Shown here: positions 46,823-48,828 of the stretch, piece by piece
How the letters are laid out: every line of letters starts with the position of its first letter
Position numbering within the stretch: position 1 is the stretch's first letter
Assembly (NCBI GenBank): GCA_964384355.1
Contig: CAYLLC010000005.1
Location: 1-48,828 of the forward strand
Direction: 5' to 3'
Length of the DNA stretch: 48,828 bases
Origin: an uncultured Sulfurospirillum sp.
GTDB taxonomy: Bacteria; Campylobacterota; Campylobacteria; Campylobacterales; QNZT01
Notes under the pieces: generated by a model
What the model was told of the DNA's origin: nothing
The model's input: only the letters and a program-made list of their open reading frames with translations
The model's database searches: none
Translations under genes and position numbers: made by a program

Positions 46823-46846
46823 TTTTCACCTGCAACTACAATTATA

Positions 46847-47482
46847 TTATATCAAGTGTTCAAGTTGATTCAACCACTGATTAAATCTTAACGCTTTTTT
46901 TCTAATCGTATTTAGTCCTATATCACTAGCAATAGCTTCTCCATAAAAGACTTTATCATAGCTCTCTCCCATTTCATTAAAAAGTTTTTCAATCCTTTTT
47001 GACGGAGCGGTTTGTGGCGAGTCATTGATCTTTTCAATATCATCTTGAAAAGAGGCGATTATTTTTTCCATTTCATTTGCAATTTTATCATTTTTAAAAT
47101 ACTCTTCAAAATATTCAGGTTTACTAAAAAGTAGCGTTTCAAATTCATACTTTTGGATATAAGGTATAAATTTTCTGTCATTAAAACATTTAAATAGTAT
47201 CTCTTCAAGTTCATCTACATCATCAGTTGGCCTTTTGCTAAATCCATAAAAGTCATAAAATGTTGTTACATAGTCAAAATGAGGTAAAAGCCTTATAATC
47301 TCATTTTTAATTCTATCGATATTTATACATCCACCCGGGTTTTTTCTACCACATCTATCTTTACTTGTCGTAACAATTACAGGATTTATAGATACATTAT
47401 ATTCCATTAAGTGTGGTAAAAGCACCTTATTCACAAACTCCCTTTCAGTTTGCCCCTCTACCGATATAGCAACCCTTATCAT
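46847..47482 (-). CDS. DUF4276-like small protein (putative Toprim-like effector)
   Basis: 211 aa. The N-terminus MIRVAISVEGQTEREFV matches my memory of the DUF4276 start and resembles the first Toprim motif (hydrophobic strand-EG-x-x-E/D). ATGA overlap with the upstream ATPase gene. Confidence 0.55.
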   Translation of the reverse strand: MIRVAISVEGQTEREFVNKVLLPHLMEYNVSINPVIVTTSKDRCGRKNPGGCINIDRIKNEIIRLLPHFDYVTTFYDFYGFSKRPTDDVDELEEILFKCFNDRKFIPYIQKYEFETLLFSKPEYFEEYFKNDKIANEMEKIIASFQDDIEKINDSPQTAPSKRIEKLFNEMGESYDKVFYGEAIASDIGLNTIRKKALRFNQWLNQLEHLI

Positions 47483-48567
47483 GGATTAGCTCCAAGAAGA
47501 TTTTTTTGCCAAAGCTCTCCTATGCTATATTCTTCAATCCATTCTTTTAAACCACCTAAATCCAACCTCTTAAATGTAGAGCTATTATCTTCCCTATCTA
47601 CAACAATAATATCTTTGGCGTCAAAAAAGTCTATAAAAGTCACAGATTGAGTAGAAGCAATAATTTGTGTCTTTGTTGAAGCCACTCTAAACAAACTTGC
47701 CAAAATATTCAGTGCATAGGGATGTAGCCCAAGTTCTGGCTCATCTATGAGTATCATAGTCGGTAGTTTTGGTTGCAAGAGAAGTGTTGTCAAACAGATA
47801 AATCGTATGGTTCCATCTGAGAGATCATTTGCATCAAAATATAAATCACTCCCCTTATGTTTCCATCTAAGTTTTATCATCTCTTCATTTGCAATATCAG
47901 GCTCAAGTATAAAATCATGAAAAAATGGTGCTACTCTTTGGATTGTTTTTACAATTTGGCTATAATTTTTTTCATAGAAATGTTTTATATAATAAAGATA
48001 AGCGGGTAAATTATGTCCATCTACTGCTAACGAGTAATAATCATCTACACGACAAGGCTGTTTCATAGGCGAGGATTTGCTTGTATCATGAAAATGGTAA
48101 ACTTTCCAGTCGTTTATATATTTTACAATATATACATTTACACCATAGTCCTTTGGATCGTACAAGGGAAGATTACTCTCAAAACCACCAATATTAGGCT
48201 TTATAAAATTTTTATTGCTGGTATCAATGTAAGTATTTTCTTCTTTAAAAATCAACTTATTATCATCAGTGGGGACAAGTGTTGCCTTATATCTATTTGG
48301 TGCAAAATGTAAATCAAAAATCAACTCTTTTGTTACTTTGGCTCCAAAATGCAAAACCTTATTTGCTCCACCCATTTGTGCGACTGTTAACTCTAACTCT
48401 TTTTCTATAATCTTTCTCATAAAGTTAAAAAAGCCTATAAAGTTACTCTTACCAGCTCCATTTGCACCCAGCAAAATATTTATATTGCCAAAGTATAAAT
48501 CTAACTCTTTTATAGATTTATACCCTTTTAGTTGCATCCTGTCCAACTTGCCAAGATCATTATTCAT
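47479..48567 (-). CDS. ABC/SMC-like (AAA_15/AAA_21-type) ATPase
   Basis: 362 aa. Walker A GANGAGKSN, signature-like LSDGT, Walker B/D-loop MILIDEPELGLHP and a trailing ASTQS. The N-terminal LKGYKSIKELDLYFGNINILLG is typical of RecF/OLD-type ATPases. Confidence 0.75.
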   Translation of the reverse strand: MNNDLGKLDRMQLKGYKSIKELDLYFGNINILLGANGAGKSNFIGFFNFMRKIIEKELELTVAQMGGANKVLHFGAKVTKELIFDLHFAPNRYKATLVPTDDNKLIFKEENTYIDTSNKNFIKPNIGGFESNLPLYDPKDYGVNVYIVKYINDWKVYHFHDTSKSSPMKQPCRVDDYYSLAVDGHNLPAYLYYIKHFYEKNYSQIVKTIQRVAPFFHDFILEPDIANEEMIKLRWKHKGSDLYFDANDLSDGTIRFICLTTLLLQPKLPTMILIDEPELGLHPYALNILASLFRVASTKTQIIASTQSVTFIDFFDAKDIIVVDREDNSSTFKRLDLGGLKEWIEEYSIGELWQKNLLGANP

Positions 48568-48743
48568 ATTTATTCCCTAAATGAATCCCAAAATTCACAT
48601 ACAACAAAAAGAACCTGTTGTCAAATGTTGATTTTTAATATGTTATCTTATCTCAAAGTAGTTTGAAGAGAGATAATTCAAATTGAAACAAATACACGAA
48701 CAAGTATTACTCTATTTTATATTTTATGTTGAAGTACGAAAGT

Positions 48744-48828
48744 ATGAAAAAAATTTATGATTCTGTCCTTAGATTACAAAAGCTTGTAGCCGATCCCATG
48801 TATCGGGACAATGTAGATTTTGTCACCG
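48744..48828 (+). CDS. Start of an unidentified ORF running off the right edge
   Basis: ATG at 48744 (or in-frame ATG at 48726) gives MKKIYDSVLRLQKLVADPMYRDNVDFVT... It is divergent from the ATPase gene. No RBS is obvious and there are too few residues to classify it. Confidence 0.25.
   Translation, partial: MKKIYDSVLRLQKLVADPMYRDNVDFVT

Larger units (their letters stand above)
46823..48828. other. Low-GC island, probably horizontally acquired; the right boundary lies outside the window
   Basis: Sampled 60-nt lines fall from about 55-60% GC to about 23-40% GC starting at the stop codon at 46847. Codon usage switches to A/T-ending codons. Confidence 0.7.

Overview
48.8-kb, almost gap-free chromosomal segment, most likely from a moderately GC-rich member of the Campylobacterota (epsilonproteobacteria). 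The block serA - small ORF - rpsA - ispH - aroA - pheT - pheS / HIT matches the gene order I recall for Helicobacter pylori HP0397-HP0404. GC is about 55-60% by eye on sampled lines. The ORF track renders GTG and TTG starts as M, so I re-derived several starts from RBS and signal-peptide logic.

The window has three parts.

(i) 1-24.3 kb, accessory and envelope genes. A RhuM-family gene fragment sits at the left edge. A non-canonically ordered type II secretion set follows: K/L/M/N-like, then gspC-D-E-F on the minus strand, with gspG divergent and no gspH/I/J/O. Next is a secreted-protein cluster: a FadL-type porin, a 1056-aa exported protein built from about five DUF302-like domains, and an acidic protein made almost entirely of 11-residue repeats. 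This cluster is bracketed by two paralogous small C-terminal-CxxCH (class II cytochrome c-like) genes. A TolC/adaptor/RND efflux locus follows, in which the RND pump is cleanly split into two translationally coupled half-genes and a second adaptor is encoded convergently.

(ii) 24.4-46.7 kb, housekeeping genes: serA, rpsA, ispH, aroA, pheTS, HIT, exbBD-tonB, panE, a thioesterase, an EamA transporter, a DEAD-box helicase, and a two-component system. A seven-gene overlapping chain pstC-pstA-pstB-phoU-phoB-phoR ends in an orphan MazF/PemK-like gene.

(iii) 46.8-48.8 kb, an abrupt low-GC island (about 30% GC). It carries a translationally coupled ABC/SMC-type ATPase plus a small DUF4276/Toprim-like protein. 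This is my top candidate for a defence-type system.

I saw no rRNA, tRNA, CRISPR array, transposase or integrase. All family calls rest on motifs read by eye and need HMM confirmation.
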